Notes: generated by a model from the letters alone, not told the origin. A stretch of DNA of 64,000 nucleotides from Candidatus Hatepunaea meridiana (GCA_030765125.1 JAVCDD010000176.1:220-64219), one strand, 5' to 3'; shown: positions 10,027 through 19,367, counted from the stretch's first letter. Made by a program: numbers and translations.

Positions 10027-13000
10027 ATGAGAAAACTTACATCTATTGATGAATTTAAAGGTCTTCAAGATAGACTTATTGCCGATCAACCATCAGATAT
10101 TTCCACTATCATTATCCCCGCAGGCACTTGCGGTCAAGCAAGTGGCGCTAATGATATAATTCGCGCAGTAAAACGCGAAATATTAGCCAAAGATCTTTCC
10201 ACTAATATACGTATTCGGATAACAGGCTGCCATGGATTCTGTGAAATGGAACCATCAATCCTTATCGAACCACAAGGAACATTCTATCCGAAAGTCAACC
10301 CAAAAGACATTCCCCGGATTATCGATGCTATTCTCAAGGATTCTGTGGTTGATGAATTGTTATGGAAAGATTTAAGTATAGGAACAACAATTGCGAAGCA
10401 GCAAGATATTCCATTTTTTAAACAGCAAACGCGAACAATCATATCACGCAGTGAGAAAGTTGATCCGATCCGCATATATAACTATCTAAGAAGCGGTGGC
10501 TATCGAGGACTCGCGGGCGCTTTGGATCGCGGTGAACCTAAATGGGTTGTAAACGAAGTCAAGATTTCAGGATTGCGCGGTAGAGGAGGCGCTGGTTTTC
10601 CGACCGGACTTAAGTGGGAGTTCTTAGCGGCAAAAAAAGGCGACAGAGGAAAATTCCTGGTTTGCAATGCAGATGAAGGAGACCCCGGCGCCTATATGGA
10701 CCGTAGTGTGCTCGAAGGAAATCCCCACAGCATCATCGAAGGAATGCTCATCGGAGCTTATGCCACAGGCGCAACGAATGGTGTAGTCTACGCTCGGTAC
10801 GAGTATCCGCTTGCCATTAAACATCTCCTTATAGCGCTGAGACAAGCGCGTGAACTTGGTCTCTTAGGCGAAAACATCCTTGGAACCAGCTTCTCATTCG
10901 ATATTGATGTTATAAAGGGTGCAGGCGCTTTCGTTTGCGGTGAGGAAACAGCCCTAATAAGATCTATTGAGGGTAAGATGGGTGAACCGCGACAGCGTCC
11001 GCCATTCCCCACCGATAAGGGAGTTGAGGGTAAACCAACTGTCATCAATAATGTCGAAACGTGGGCAAATATTCCTGTAATCTTCGAGATCGGAGCGAAG
11101 GAATTCGCTCAAATCGGTACTAAAGGAAACTCAGGAACAAAGATATTCAGCCTCGTCGGCAAGGTTAAAAACACCGGTCTGGTCGAGGTGCCGATGGGCA
11201 TCACTATCGGCGAAATCGTCTTCGACATCGGCGGTGGTTCAATCGGTAAAGCCGCGATTAAAGCAGTCCAGACCGGTGGACCTTCCGGCGGGTGTATTCC
11301 AGTAAGTATGTTCGACCTGCCCATTGATTATGACAGCCTGGCTAAAGCAGGTTCTATTATGGGCTCGGGCGGAATGATTGTGATGGATGAAAACACCTGT
11401 ATAGTTGACATCGCCAAGTACTATGTGAATTTCCTGAAAGACGAGTCCTGCGGTAAGTGTTATACCTGCCGTAAGGGTACTCAGAGGATGTATGAATTAT
11501 TGGAAGACATCACTGAAGGACGAGGCACGCTTGAACATTTAGACCTGCTTGAAGAACTGGCGCACGTTGTGGCGGATACGACTATGTGCGGTCTCGGACA
11601 GACCGCATCGAATCCGGTTCTTTCAACGCTTAAGTATTTCAGAGACGAATATATTGAACATATTATTGACAAACGATGTCGAGCCAGTGTTTGCAAGGAT
11701 TTAGTCGGCGCGCCCTGTCAGGCAACTTGTCCTATCGGCACGGAAGCCTGGCGTTATATTGCGCATATATCCCGCGGCGAGTATGAAGAGGCTTACATAT
11801 CAATTCGCGAAGAGAACCCATTCCCCTCTATCTGCGCCCGGGTCTGCGATCATAAGTGTGAATCGAGATGCCGTCTGGGACAATCAGGCGACCGTCCGGT
11901 TGCGATCAGGGCTCTCAAACGATTCGTTACTGATAACGTAGATCCTTCGGTATACAAACCTAAGCGATCATCTGAAAAGCAGACAGCGAAAGTTGCGATT
12001 GTCGGCGCCGGTCCCGGCGGATTGACGGCGGCGCACTACCTGTCGCTTAAGGGTTATCCGGTTACCGTCTTTGAAATGGACTCGAAACCGGGCGGGATGT
12101 TGTTCAGTTGCATCCCCGCATATCGTCTGCCACAGGATGTGCTTACAAAGGAAATAGAAGCGGTTCTCGATGAAAATATTACTTTAGAATGCAACCGCAC
12201 TCTGGGAACTGATTTTACGGTTAACAGCCTGTTTGATGACGGTTATAAAGCGGTCTTTATTGCAGTAGGCGCTCAGAAGGGACGCCAGCTTGATCTTGAA
12301 GGCGAGGACGCCGAAGGAGTTCTTCCATCTATTGAGTTCCTTAAAGCATTCAATCAGGAAGGTATTCAACTCGCCAAAGGCAATGTAGGCGTTATTGGAG
12401 GCGGTAATTCAGCGGTAGACGCCGCGCGAACCGCTCTTCGTCAGGAAGGTGTAGAAAAGGTAACTATCTTGTATCGTCGTACACAAGAAGAGATGCCTGC
12501 ATTTGAGGAAGAGATTGAGGCAGCAGTTCAGGAAGGCATTACACTGGAAACTTTGGTGGCTCCTGTTAAAATATCAACTGAGGACGGTAAGATAACAGGC
12601 GTTGAGTTCCAGCGGAATCAATTGGGCAAGATGGACTCCAGCGGTCGTCGCAGACCTGTACCGATGGAAGGTTCAAATTTCAACCTTCCTCTTGATACTC
12701 TGATTATTGCCATCAGCGAACAACCGGACGTCAATTCCATCAAACCGGATATTGAAGGCGGGTTAGAGATAACCAGATGGAATACGTTGCAAGTGAATGA
12801 AAACACGCTTGAATGTGGTCGTTCCGGCGTCTTTGCCGGGGGCGATGTCGTTACCGGGCCCAACACTGTAATCGCCGCAATAGCCGATGGTAAGAAAGCG
12901 GCAGTAATGATTGATCGCTATATTCACGGAGAAGAACTCAGGCAGATTGAAGAGCCTAAAATACCGAAGGTATATGTCGAACCCTATCCAATCGATGAGG

Positions 13001-13173
13001 ATGAACAGGGTGAAATTGAGCGTGTCGAGCTGCCTCGCGTTCCCGTTAAGAGACGCAGCAAGAGCTTCATCGAGGTTGAAAGAGCGATGTCCGATGCAGA
13101 CGCCGAACACGAAGCGATACGCTGCCTGAGATGTGATCTTGAATTTACTACACCGAAATCAGAGGAACATTAG
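10027..13173 (+). CDS. NuoF/HydB-like FMN/NADH module fused to a GltD/NfnB-like FAD/NADPH module
   Basis: SGLRGRGGAGFPTG, NADEGDPGAYMDR, GGPSGG, SCGKCYTC..CGLG; then PCQATCP, CARVCDHKCESRC, GAGPGG, GGGNSAVDAAR..YRR, FAGGD. Confidence 0.9.
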   Translation: MRKLTSIDEFKGLQDRLIADQPSDISTIIIPAGTCGQASGANDIIRAVKREILAKDLSTNIRIRITGCHGFCEMEPSILIEPQGTFYPKVNPKDIPRIIDAILKDSVVDELLWKDLSIGTTIAKQQDIPFFKQQTRTIISRSEKVDPIRIYNYLRSGGYRGLAGALDRGEPKWVVNEVKISGLRGRGGAGFPTGLKWEFLAAKKGDRGKFLVCNADEGDPGAYMDRSVLEGNPHSIIEGMLIGAYATGATNGVVYARYEYPLAIKHLLIALRQARELGLLGENILGTSFSFDIDVIKGAGAFVCGEETALIRSIEGKMGEPRQRPPFPTDKGVEGKPTVINNVETWANIPVIFEIGAKEFAQIGTKGNSGTKIFSLVGKVKNTGLVEVPMGITIGEIVFDIGGGSIGKAAIKAVQTGGPSGGCIPVSMFDLPIDYDSLAKAGSIMGSGGMIVMDENTCIVDIAKYYVNFLKDESCGKCYTCRKGTQRMYELLEDITEGRGTLEHLDLLEELAHVVADTTMCGLGQTASNPVLSTLKYFRDEYIEHIIDKRCRASVCKDLVGAPCQATCPIGTEAWRYIAHISRGEYEEAYISIREENPFPSICARVCDHKCESRCRLGQSGDRPVAIRALKRFVTDNVDPSVYKPKRSSEKQTAKVAIVGAGPGGLTAAHYLSLKGYPVTVFEMDSKPGGMLFSCIPAYRLPQDVLTKEIEAVLDENITLECNRTLGTDFTVNSLFDDGYKAVFIAVGAQKGRQLDLEGEDAEGVLPSIEFLKAFNQEGIQLAKGNVGVIGGGNSAVDAARTALRQEGVEKVTILYRRTQEEMPAFEEEIEAAVQEGITLETLVAPVKISTEDGKITGVEFQRNQLGKMDSSGRRRPVPMEGSNFNLPLDTLIIAISEQPDVNSIKPDIEGGLEITRWNTLQVNENTLECGRSGVFAGGDVVTGPNTVIAAIADGKKAAVMIDRYIHGEELRQIEEPKIPKVYVEPYPIDEDEQGEIERVELPRVPVKRRSKSFIEVERAMSDADAEHEAIRCLRCDLEFTTPKSEEH

Positions 13174-13244
13174 AAGCTATGAGTGCGCGCTTCAGCGCGT
13201 AAAGGAGTTATCCCACGCGCTGAAGCGCGCACTCATAACTTCTA
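13171..13244. repeat. REP doublet, family A
   Basis: Near-perfect inverted repeat starting at the stop codon of the upstream gene. Confidence 0.8.
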
Positions 13245-13262
13245 TTTACACAAGATACAAAA

Positions 13263-13934
13263 ATGATAAATCTTAAAATAAATGGCTTAAACGTTTCCGT
13301 CGATAAGGGAACGACTCTTCTAGAAGCGGCACAATCTATCGGCTTTCCGATTCCAACGCTGTGCCATAAGGAAGGACTTACACCCTACGGCGCTTGCCGG
13401 TTGTGCGTCATGGAAATCGGAGAAGGCGATAGAGCTAAATTGGTAACTTCCTGCACTTACCCAGCGGAAGAAGGGCTTAAAGTTCGTACAGCGTCAAGGC
13501 GTGTCCTTCGCGCACGCAGGATGATTATCGAGCTTCTTCTGGCGTCCAGTCCGCAATCGAAAACGATACAGGACATTGCAGCCGCTCACAACGTTAAACA
13601 GCAGCGTTTCCGTCAGGAGTACGAGGACTGCATCCTCTGCGGACTCTGTGTGCGGATGTGTAAGGAACAAATGATGGCGGGCGCTATCGGCTTCCGTGGA
13701 CGCGGTCAGGATCGAAGCATCGGTACGCCATTCGACATCAAATCGGAAGTATGCCGGTTGTGCGGTGGATGTCTTTATGTTTGTCCTGTCTGCTCGCTTA
13801 GATGTACATACAACCAACCGGATAAAGCGATTTGCGGCGCTTGTGCAAATCTGAGCCCGCCGTGTGTGGAAAAGGAACCATTTGACGATATGATGTGCTA
13901 TATGGAACCGTGTGTGGCGTGTGAGATAAAATAG
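13263..13934 (+). CDS. NuoG/HydA N-terminal-like Fe-S subunit (2Fe-2S plus 4Fe-4S), no catalytic domain
   Basis: IPTLCH..GACRLC..SC, CILCGLCVRMC, CRLCGGCLYVCP, Cys-rich tail. Confidence 0.85.
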   Translation: MINLKINGLNVSVDKGTTLLEAAQSIGFPIPTLCHKEGLTPYGACRLCVMEIGEGDRAKLVTSCTYPAEEGLKVRTASRRVLRARRMIIELLLASSPQSKTIQDIAAAHNVKQQRFRQEYEDCILCGLCVRMCKEQMMAGAIGFRGRGQDRSIGTPFDIKSEVCRLCGGCLYVCPVCSLRCTYNQPDKAICGACANLSPPCVEKEPFDDMMCYMEPCVACEIK

Positions 13935-13962
13935 TTTCAAATAACAAGTGTCAAGTAATAAG

Positions 13963-14073
13963 TTTTCCTCATTCCCAACTTGATTGGGAATCCAGAGTAT
14001 TCAAGGACTTACTGGATTCCCAATCAAGTTGGGAATGAGGAAAAAACTGGATTCCAGCTTCCGCTGGAATGAC
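13963..14073. repeat. ATTCCC...GGGAAT palindromic repeats embedded in inverted heptamer arrays
   Basis: CCTCATTCCCAACTTGATTGGGAATCCAG and its exact inverse, plus CTGGATTCCAGCTTCCGCTGGAATGAC; flanked by (acaagtg)n and (cacttgt)n-like arrays. Confidence 0.75.
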
Positions 14074-14166
14074 AAAAGAGGAAACGTAACTTGACACTTG
14101 TAACTTGTTACTTGCCACTTGTAACTTTCAAAAAGAATAAAAACATAGAAATAAAAGGAGTAATTA

Positions 14167-15756
14167 ATGTCTGGGACTTTCTCAGTAGTAAACCGTTCAG
14201 CCGCAACATTAACAAAAAACCGGACTGAAGGTTCTATTTCACCAATTTCCGGAATGTGCGTTACGTGTGTGGATGGCTGTATCGGAATGTGCGAGATTGG
14301 CAAATCTGCCTATAGAGGGCACGAAGTTATTTACCCTCAACCTTTCGGAGTTATAACAACGGCTTCAGAAAAAAACTACCCGGTCGATTATTCGCATTTT
14401 AATATAATGGGAACAGCCGTCGGTGCGGTTGGGATTGAAGCTGACAGCGATAAAGCGATCTTTCCAAATGTGAACCTCGAAGTTCATTTCGGACATAAAA
14501 AGGATATAAAATTCCGCCTTCCCTTTATGATCCCCGGCATCGGATCTACTGATGTCGCAAAGAACAACTGGGATGGGCTGGCTATCGGTACCGCTCTAGC
14601 AGGAACAGGTCTGACAATCGGCGAAAACGTTGTTGGAATGGATCCGCAATCGGTTATTAAAGACGGTCATGTTGTTGATACCGTTGATCTAAAACGCAGA
14701 GTCAAGCTTTTCCAAGATAACCAGATAGACGGCTGGGGCGCTACAATCGTTCAGGCGAACGTTGAAGACACCCGGCTCGGCATCCAGGAATATGCTATAA
14801 ACGACCTTGGCGTAGACATTGTCGAACTGAAGTGGGGACAGGGCGCAAAAGACATCGGCGGCGAAGTCAAGATTAAGAGCTTAAAGAAAGCTCAACTTCT
14901 TTATGAACGCGGTTATGTTGTATTGCCTAATCCTACGGATAAGGCTGTTATCAAAGCTTTCGAGCGTGGGTCGTTCACTGAATTCGAGCGTCATTCACGG
15001 GTTGGAATGGTTACGGAAGAGGGCTTCGCAAGCCGGGTTGATGAATTACGCAAAGCCGGCGCCAAGCACATATTCCTTAAGACAGGCGCTTATCGTCCAG
15101 CTGATCTTGCGCGTGCGATTTTATTCGCTGCAAAGTACGGCATCGAACTGCTTACAGTTGACGGCGCTGGCGGCGGTACAGGTATGAGCCCCTGGCGGAT
15201 GATGAACGAATGGGGAATGCCGATAGTAGAATTGCATTCACTATTATATAAGTATGCCAAACGTCTCGATGACAGAGGAATGAAGATTCCAGCATTGGCG
15301 CTAGCCGGTGGATTTACTTTCGAGGATCAGATTTACAAGGGGTTGGCTCTGGGCGCTCCGTATGTGAAATTGATCGGTATGGCGAGAGGTCCGCTTGCAT
15401 CCGTAATGGTAGGCAAAACAATCGGCAAAGCGATAGACAACGACGAACTGCCGGTATATGTAGAACGCTTCGGTAATACAAAAGATGAAATCTTCGTAAC
15501 CTCAGGCGACCTGCGTAATGAACTTGGCGACAAGGCATTTGAGGAGCTTCCAACCGGAGCTATCGGTCTTTACACTTATTATGAGCGGTTAGCGCAAGGC
15601 TTACGTCAAATGATGGCTGGAAATAGAAAATTTGGACTCGAGCATATTACGCGCGGTGACATTGCAGCCTTAACCCGCGAAGCAGCAGACATCAGCGGCA
15701 TTGAATATCTGATGGACGTTGATAAGGAAGAGGTTGACGAGATACTTAAGGGTTGA
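14167..15756 (+). CDS. Stand-alone FMN-binding glutamate synthase family protein
   Basis: ELKWGQGAK..GGE, VDGAGGGTG, AGG, MARG motifs; N-terminal CxxCxxxCxxxC; no amidotransferase domain. Confidence 0.85.
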   Translation: MSGTFSVVNRSAATLTKNRTEGSISPISGMCVTCVDGCIGMCEIGKSAYRGHEVIYPQPFGVITTASEKNYPVDYSHFNIMGTAVGAVGIEADSDKAIFPNVNLEVHFGHKKDIKFRLPFMIPGIGSTDVAKNNWDGLAIGTALAGTGLTIGENVVGMDPQSVIKDGHVVDTVDLKRRVKLFQDNQIDGWGATIVQANVEDTRLGIQEYAINDLGVDIVELKWGQGAKDIGGEVKIKSLKKAQLLYERGYVVLPNPTDKAVIKAFERGSFTEFERHSRVGMVTEEGFASRVDELRKAGAKHIFLKTGAYRPADLARAILFAAKYGIELLTVDGAGGGTGMSPWRMMNEWGMPIVELHSLLYKYAKRLDDRGMKIPALALAGGFTFEDQIYKGLALGAPYVKLIGMARGPLASVMVGKTIGKAIDNDELPVYVERFGNTKDEIFVTSGDLRNELGDKAFEELPTGAIGLYTYYERLAQGLRQMMAGNRKFGLEHITRGDIAALTREAADISGIEYLMDVDKEEVDEILKG

Positions 15757-16018
15757 GTGTCGTAGTGTCGTAATCCAGCAGAATAGGCATCTCTGCTTAA
15801 GAATGCTGTGATGTTATGATGCCGTAATACTATACGCCAAGCCATTTAGTATCAAACAATATGATTTGATGGCTTGGCGTATTCTTATTTGATAGATGGT
15901 CTATTAAGAAACTCCTTGCCCTCCGCGATCTCTGCGGTGAATATTTTTTGGGAGTATACATTCCCAAAACCACGACACTACGACACCACTATACTACGGA
16001 TACTACGACACCACTATA

Positions 16019-16366
16019 CTACGACACCCCAACACTGCGAAACCAATCCATATCAATATTAGGACACGTCTTTGGAGTATCCCCCGGTTTGATCAATTCA
16101 TAATGTCCAACCAATTGCGTTCCCGGATAATCGGTTTTCAACTTTTTAAGCAGCTTTGCTAAAGACAGGAACTGTCGTTGTGTAAATTGTTGTTTCCCGA
16201 TCAGACATATCCCGATAGAGTTGTGATTGAAACCCTTGACGTGAGCGCCAGGCATATCCGGAGAACGCCCTTCTTCAATCGTCCCATCCAACCAGAACTT
16301 CGGACGTTTAAGCCGGTATGATTCCTCATCAGGATAGCCGTTCAGGATTATGAAATGATAGCCTAT
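16019..16366 (-). pseudogene. C-terminal part of a T7-lysozyme-like N-acetylmuramoyl-L-alanine amidase (endolysin)
   Basis: Frame reads IGYHFIILNG..DGTIEEGR..GAHVKGFNHNSIGICLIG..GHYE..KTCP; no own start. Confidence 0.8.
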
Positions 16367-16389
16367 ACATTTTGCTTGTTAAAAACTCA

Positions 16390-16962
16390 TTAGAACTTCA
16401 TCCAACTGGTATGAAATTCATGTTGAAATACGTGATTTCCGTTTGATTTTATTCCGAAGACATAAGCCTTGTCGTCAAACTTCGCACTAATGACATAAAG
16501 CGCGTCTGGTGTTTCTTCAAGTTTACTCCGACCCTGAACAGCACCAGGGGTAAATGGAATAACCTGTAAAGCAATCTCTATATTTGATATTTCAACTCCT
16601 TTTTCTTTGAGTTTACATACAACCATACATATTGCAGCTTGCTCATCGATGCGTGTAGGCTTGAATTTGGAGATTAAAACAGAAAACTTTCTAAATATCA
16701 TTTCCCAAGCCTCAAGATTTTTATTTATCTTGTCACCAAGTAAAAAAATGCTAACAGCAGACGCACCTACGATAGTTTTCCAATCAACATCATTAAATAA
16801 TTCGACCAATACACAGGGCCAGTCAGCCCCATGACCTATATCAGCATTTTGAGCCACAAGTTGCTCATCAAACTCTTGGAGATTTCCATTTAGTTCGTTT
16901 AGGAACTTGTCTTCCTGCCATTCACTAGAGTCGTAGTAGGGATCAGAGAATATTAGCTGCAT
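16390..16962 (-). CDS. Hypothetical protein on an AT-rich insert that splits the amidase gene
   Basis: 190-aa ORF with GGAAGG upstream; no family recognised. Confidence 0.65.
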   Translation of the reverse strand: MQLIFSDPYYDSSEWQEDKFLNELNGNLQEFDEQLVAQNADIGHGADWPCVLVELFNDVDWKTIVGASAVSIFLLGDKINKNLEAWEMIFRKFSVLISKFKPTRIDEQAAICMVVCKLKEKGVEISNIEIALQVIPFTPGAVQGRSKLEETPDALYVISAKFDDKAYVFGIKSNGNHVFQHEFHTSWMKF

Positions 16963-17229
16963 AAACTATCCTTCCTAACATTTAACTTATTTATAGTGTA
17001 ATTTATCGGTGACCTATTTGCAACAAGTATTCTTTCATGTAGAAAGAGCATAAGTCTACCTTGCTTCCTAATATAATACAATTATTATCAATTCAAAATT
17101 TGAACCAGCACTTTCAAATCATATGATGATAACTTTCAATAAATGTTAGAGTATTTCAAAATAGTGATACTTTTGTATATTGTTGGCATAAATAATTATT
17201 TTACAATTCCTGCTTTCGTCAGAATGACA

Positions 17230-17349
17230 GCCGAAAAACGAATCGCTACAATGAAGAACAATTAAGTCAACCTTTTTCCGTTCACCGATACCTCCGACAC
17301 CACGATACCCCGACACTCCGACACCAAAATCAACCTTTCGATTCGGCAT
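17230..17349 (-). pseudogene. N-terminal part of the amidase (with an in-frame repeat insertion)
   Basis: MPNRKVD[insert]LIVLHCSDSFFG resembles the T7 lysozyme N-terminus (IFVHCSA). Confidence 0.7.
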
Positions 17350-17596
17350 CATCTGAATCCAATCCTTTATAAACTCCTTCAACGAAGTCCGCTACTGTCG
17401 AGGCAAATCTATCCTCGATCTTTCCCCAACTGGCGCCGAGTTTCTTCTGTCCGAATTTTGTAAGAAAACAACCAACTTTGTATCCCCATTCAAAGGTACG
17501 TTTTCTCGGGAGTAACAGACCGAACAGATACAGTGCAAGCGGGATGCCCACCGCCCCGATCAATCCGGGAATTATTGGATTCAACCATTCAGGCAT
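17330..17596 (-). CDS. Small membrane protein, holin-like
   Basis: 88 aa, N-terminal hydrophobic helix, GGAGG RBS, directly upstream of the endolysin. Confidence 0.5.
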   Translation of the reverse strand: MPEWLNPIIPGLIGAVGIPLALYLFGLLLPRKRTFEWGYKVGCFLTKFGQKKLGASWGKIEDRFASTVADFVEGVYKGLDSDDAESKG

Positions 17597-17605
17597 AATA
17601 ACCTC

Positions 17606-17881
17606 CTATTTTATAAACACCGCTGCTAAGGCGGTCAGATTCCCCGCAATCGCAGCTATTATCGCAACCCAGAAAACCCAAGAGCGATCTCTTTGGAACT
17701 CTCGTCGCTTCCGGTATGCTGTATTCTTCTGAACGTCTATAACAAGGTTGTTCTTATAATCACCATTACCAAAAAGACAATGATGAATCTCATCGATCCG
17801 CTTTGATATAGACTTTATTTCACTTGCGAGGACAACAATATCAACCCGTCTTTCGATTTGCTCTTCATCAATATTCCTCAT
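17606..17881 (-). CDS. Small membrane protein (coiled coil plus C-terminal TM helix), holin/XhlA-like
   Basis: 91 aa; ATGA overlap with upstream gene; position in lysis region. Confidence 0.5.
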   Translation of the reverse strand: MRNIDEEQIERRVDIVVLASEIKSISKRIDEIHHCLFGNGDYKNNLVIDVQKNTAYRKRREFQRDRSWVFWVAIIAAIAGNLTALAAVFIK

Positions 17882-18200
17882 TTTTCCTCTTCCGGCATCT
17901 TGCGATACCCTCGTCCAGCGAGTTCGTCGTCAAGCTCAATTGTAGTTCCCATCCACCATACAAGACAATAATCACGCGCAGGTAATTCAAACTCTCCCCA
18001 AATCGAACCCAAATAAGCAACTACTTGAGTTGTATCTTCTAACGTGCAGAGTGGGATACTCGCCTTATCTGCTGGAGCTTCGTGCACTTCATTATCAGTA
18101 TAGATGAAGAATGTTTGTATACTACACGATTCGATTGCGATTCCTCCAACCAAACCAAGCAAAGTAATAAAGACCAAAGACTAAAGATTTTTGTTTTCAT
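17878..18200 (-). pseudogene. Putative lipoprotein gene frameshifted by two extra heptamer repeats
   Basis: ATG at 18200 overlaps the upstream TGA; removing TCTTTAG-TCTTTGG gives MKTKIFITLLGLVGGIAIESCSIQ in frame with ORF 17878-18177. Confidence 0.6.
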
Positions 18201-18427
18201 CTTCCAATCCATTTATGAAATTTACCGCGTTTTGCATCTGTAAGCGAACCATTCATTAGAGCCAAGTATCTAATATGACCAGTAAAGTAATTAGTTGTAT
18301 TATCTTTACCTATCTGCAAAACCCCATTCTGAAAATCCCAACTGTTATTGTATGTATTACTTGACAAAACACCATTAATCCAACACCTATTGATACCGGA
18401 TATTATTTCCTTTCTTAGATCAACATT
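18197..18427 (-). pseudogene. C-terminal fragment of a LamG/concanavalin-like domain protein
   Basis: WINGVL..LQIG..YFTGHIRYLALMNGSLT pattern; the ORF's apparent N-terminus is read from a family F repeat. Confidence 0.55.
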
Positions 18428-18480
18428 AAGCATTCCTGAAGGGAATGAATGTGAATAGCGGTGGGTGAAACCCACCGAAT
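18428..18480. repeat. Family F repeat, partial
   Basis: GCATTCCTGAAGGGAATGAATGTGAATAGCGGTGGGTGAAACCCACCGAAT; also at 24286, 37916, 45000. Confidence 0.8.
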
Positions 18481-18568
18481 AGAATTTTTCCCCACCAGGT
18501 TATACTCCTGAAACTTTGGGATTGAAACCCGGCGGGAACGACACTACAACACCACAACACCACAACAC

Positions 18569-19135
18569 CTAATGCTCACATATTAACGTCCAATCCACCT
18601 GACATGTGTCATCTATATCGCTGGTGAATACCAATCTGATATATCCGCCGATCATCACTCTCAGAGGAAACAACCATTGCCTGGACGTATCGTCCAATGC
18701 TTCAAATCTCCAGATACCGTACTGGTTGCAGCTATAATTGTTACTCTCGATGAACTGATTGGAACTATCGGCATTCCAGAACGATATCCAGGTGGTGTCG
18801 TAGGCGCATTCGAAGCGTGCTGATGATACTCGTGCTGAATCACCGTCACCGTTGCAACCAAGCTTGATGCCGACGCTGAATATCTCCGGATTGAAGATAC
18901 CGATATTACGGTTATCATCATTTTCCGCTACTGATGAAAACCCCACCTGACACCAGGATGTGGTATAGGAATTAGCAGCTCCCTTGATTAAACCTTGTCC
19001 CGTATAAATAACCGGAAAGTGTTCACCTGCGAGCATTTCACCGGCGGATTTGTTTGGTAGATTAACACTGATCTGACAGTTACCAACTGTTATCAACGAA
19101 GCGATCAGCAGTATTACTATGATGTTACGGTTCAT
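18569..19135 (-). CDS. Hypothetical exported beta-rich protein inside the phage-derived cluster
   Basis: 188 aa, signal peptide MNRNIIVILLIASLITVGNC, GAGG RBS. Confidence 0.7.
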   Translation of the reverse strand: MNRNIIVILLIASLITVGNCQISVNLPNKSAGEMLAGEHFPVIYTGQGLIKGAANSYTTSWCQVGFSSVAENDDNRNIGIFNPEIFSVGIKLGCNGDGDSARVSSARFECAYDTTWISFWNADSSNQFIESNNYSCNQYGIWRFEALDDTSRQWLFPLRVMIGGYIRLVFTSDIDDTCQVDWTLICEH

Positions 19136-19185
19136 TTTGTACCTCTTGAATTTTTGTTGTCATGTTATTACTTTGTAAATAAGCT

Positions 19186-19363
19186 TTTAGAGTGCGCGCT
19201 TTAGTGCGTGGTATCTTTAGAATACGAGGATTAGCGCCATTCAACACCGGAGTGCTCAAGCTTGCTTGAGCGCGAACTGGGACTAACACATAGTATAATC
19301 CGCTCAAGCAAGCTTGAGCACTCCGGTTTTACTAGTCCAACGCGCTGAAGCGAGCACTCTAAA
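19186..19363. repeat. Family A REP doublet with a family B doublet (19246-19327) nested inside
   Basis: Outer AGAGTGCGCGCT../..AGCGAGCACTCT; inner CCGGAGTGCTCAAGCTTGCTTGAGC and its exact inverse. Confidence 0.85.
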
Positions 19364-19367
19364 CTCG

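Noticed and set aside
9113-13934. Respiratory complex I or an [FeFe]-hydrogenase
   Set aside because: No membrane Nuo subunits and no H-cluster or molybdopterin catalytic domain.
14001-14303. Short ORFs over repeats (also 8841, 15874, 19125, 24893, 30587, 61648)
   Set aside because: Translations are read from palindromes or tandem arrays or are antisense to real genes; no RBS or family motifs.
15961-16040. CRISPR array in the periodic repeats here, or at 40501-40580
   Set aside because: Units are degenerate 8-mers or adjacent REPs without unique spacers; no cas genes in the window.
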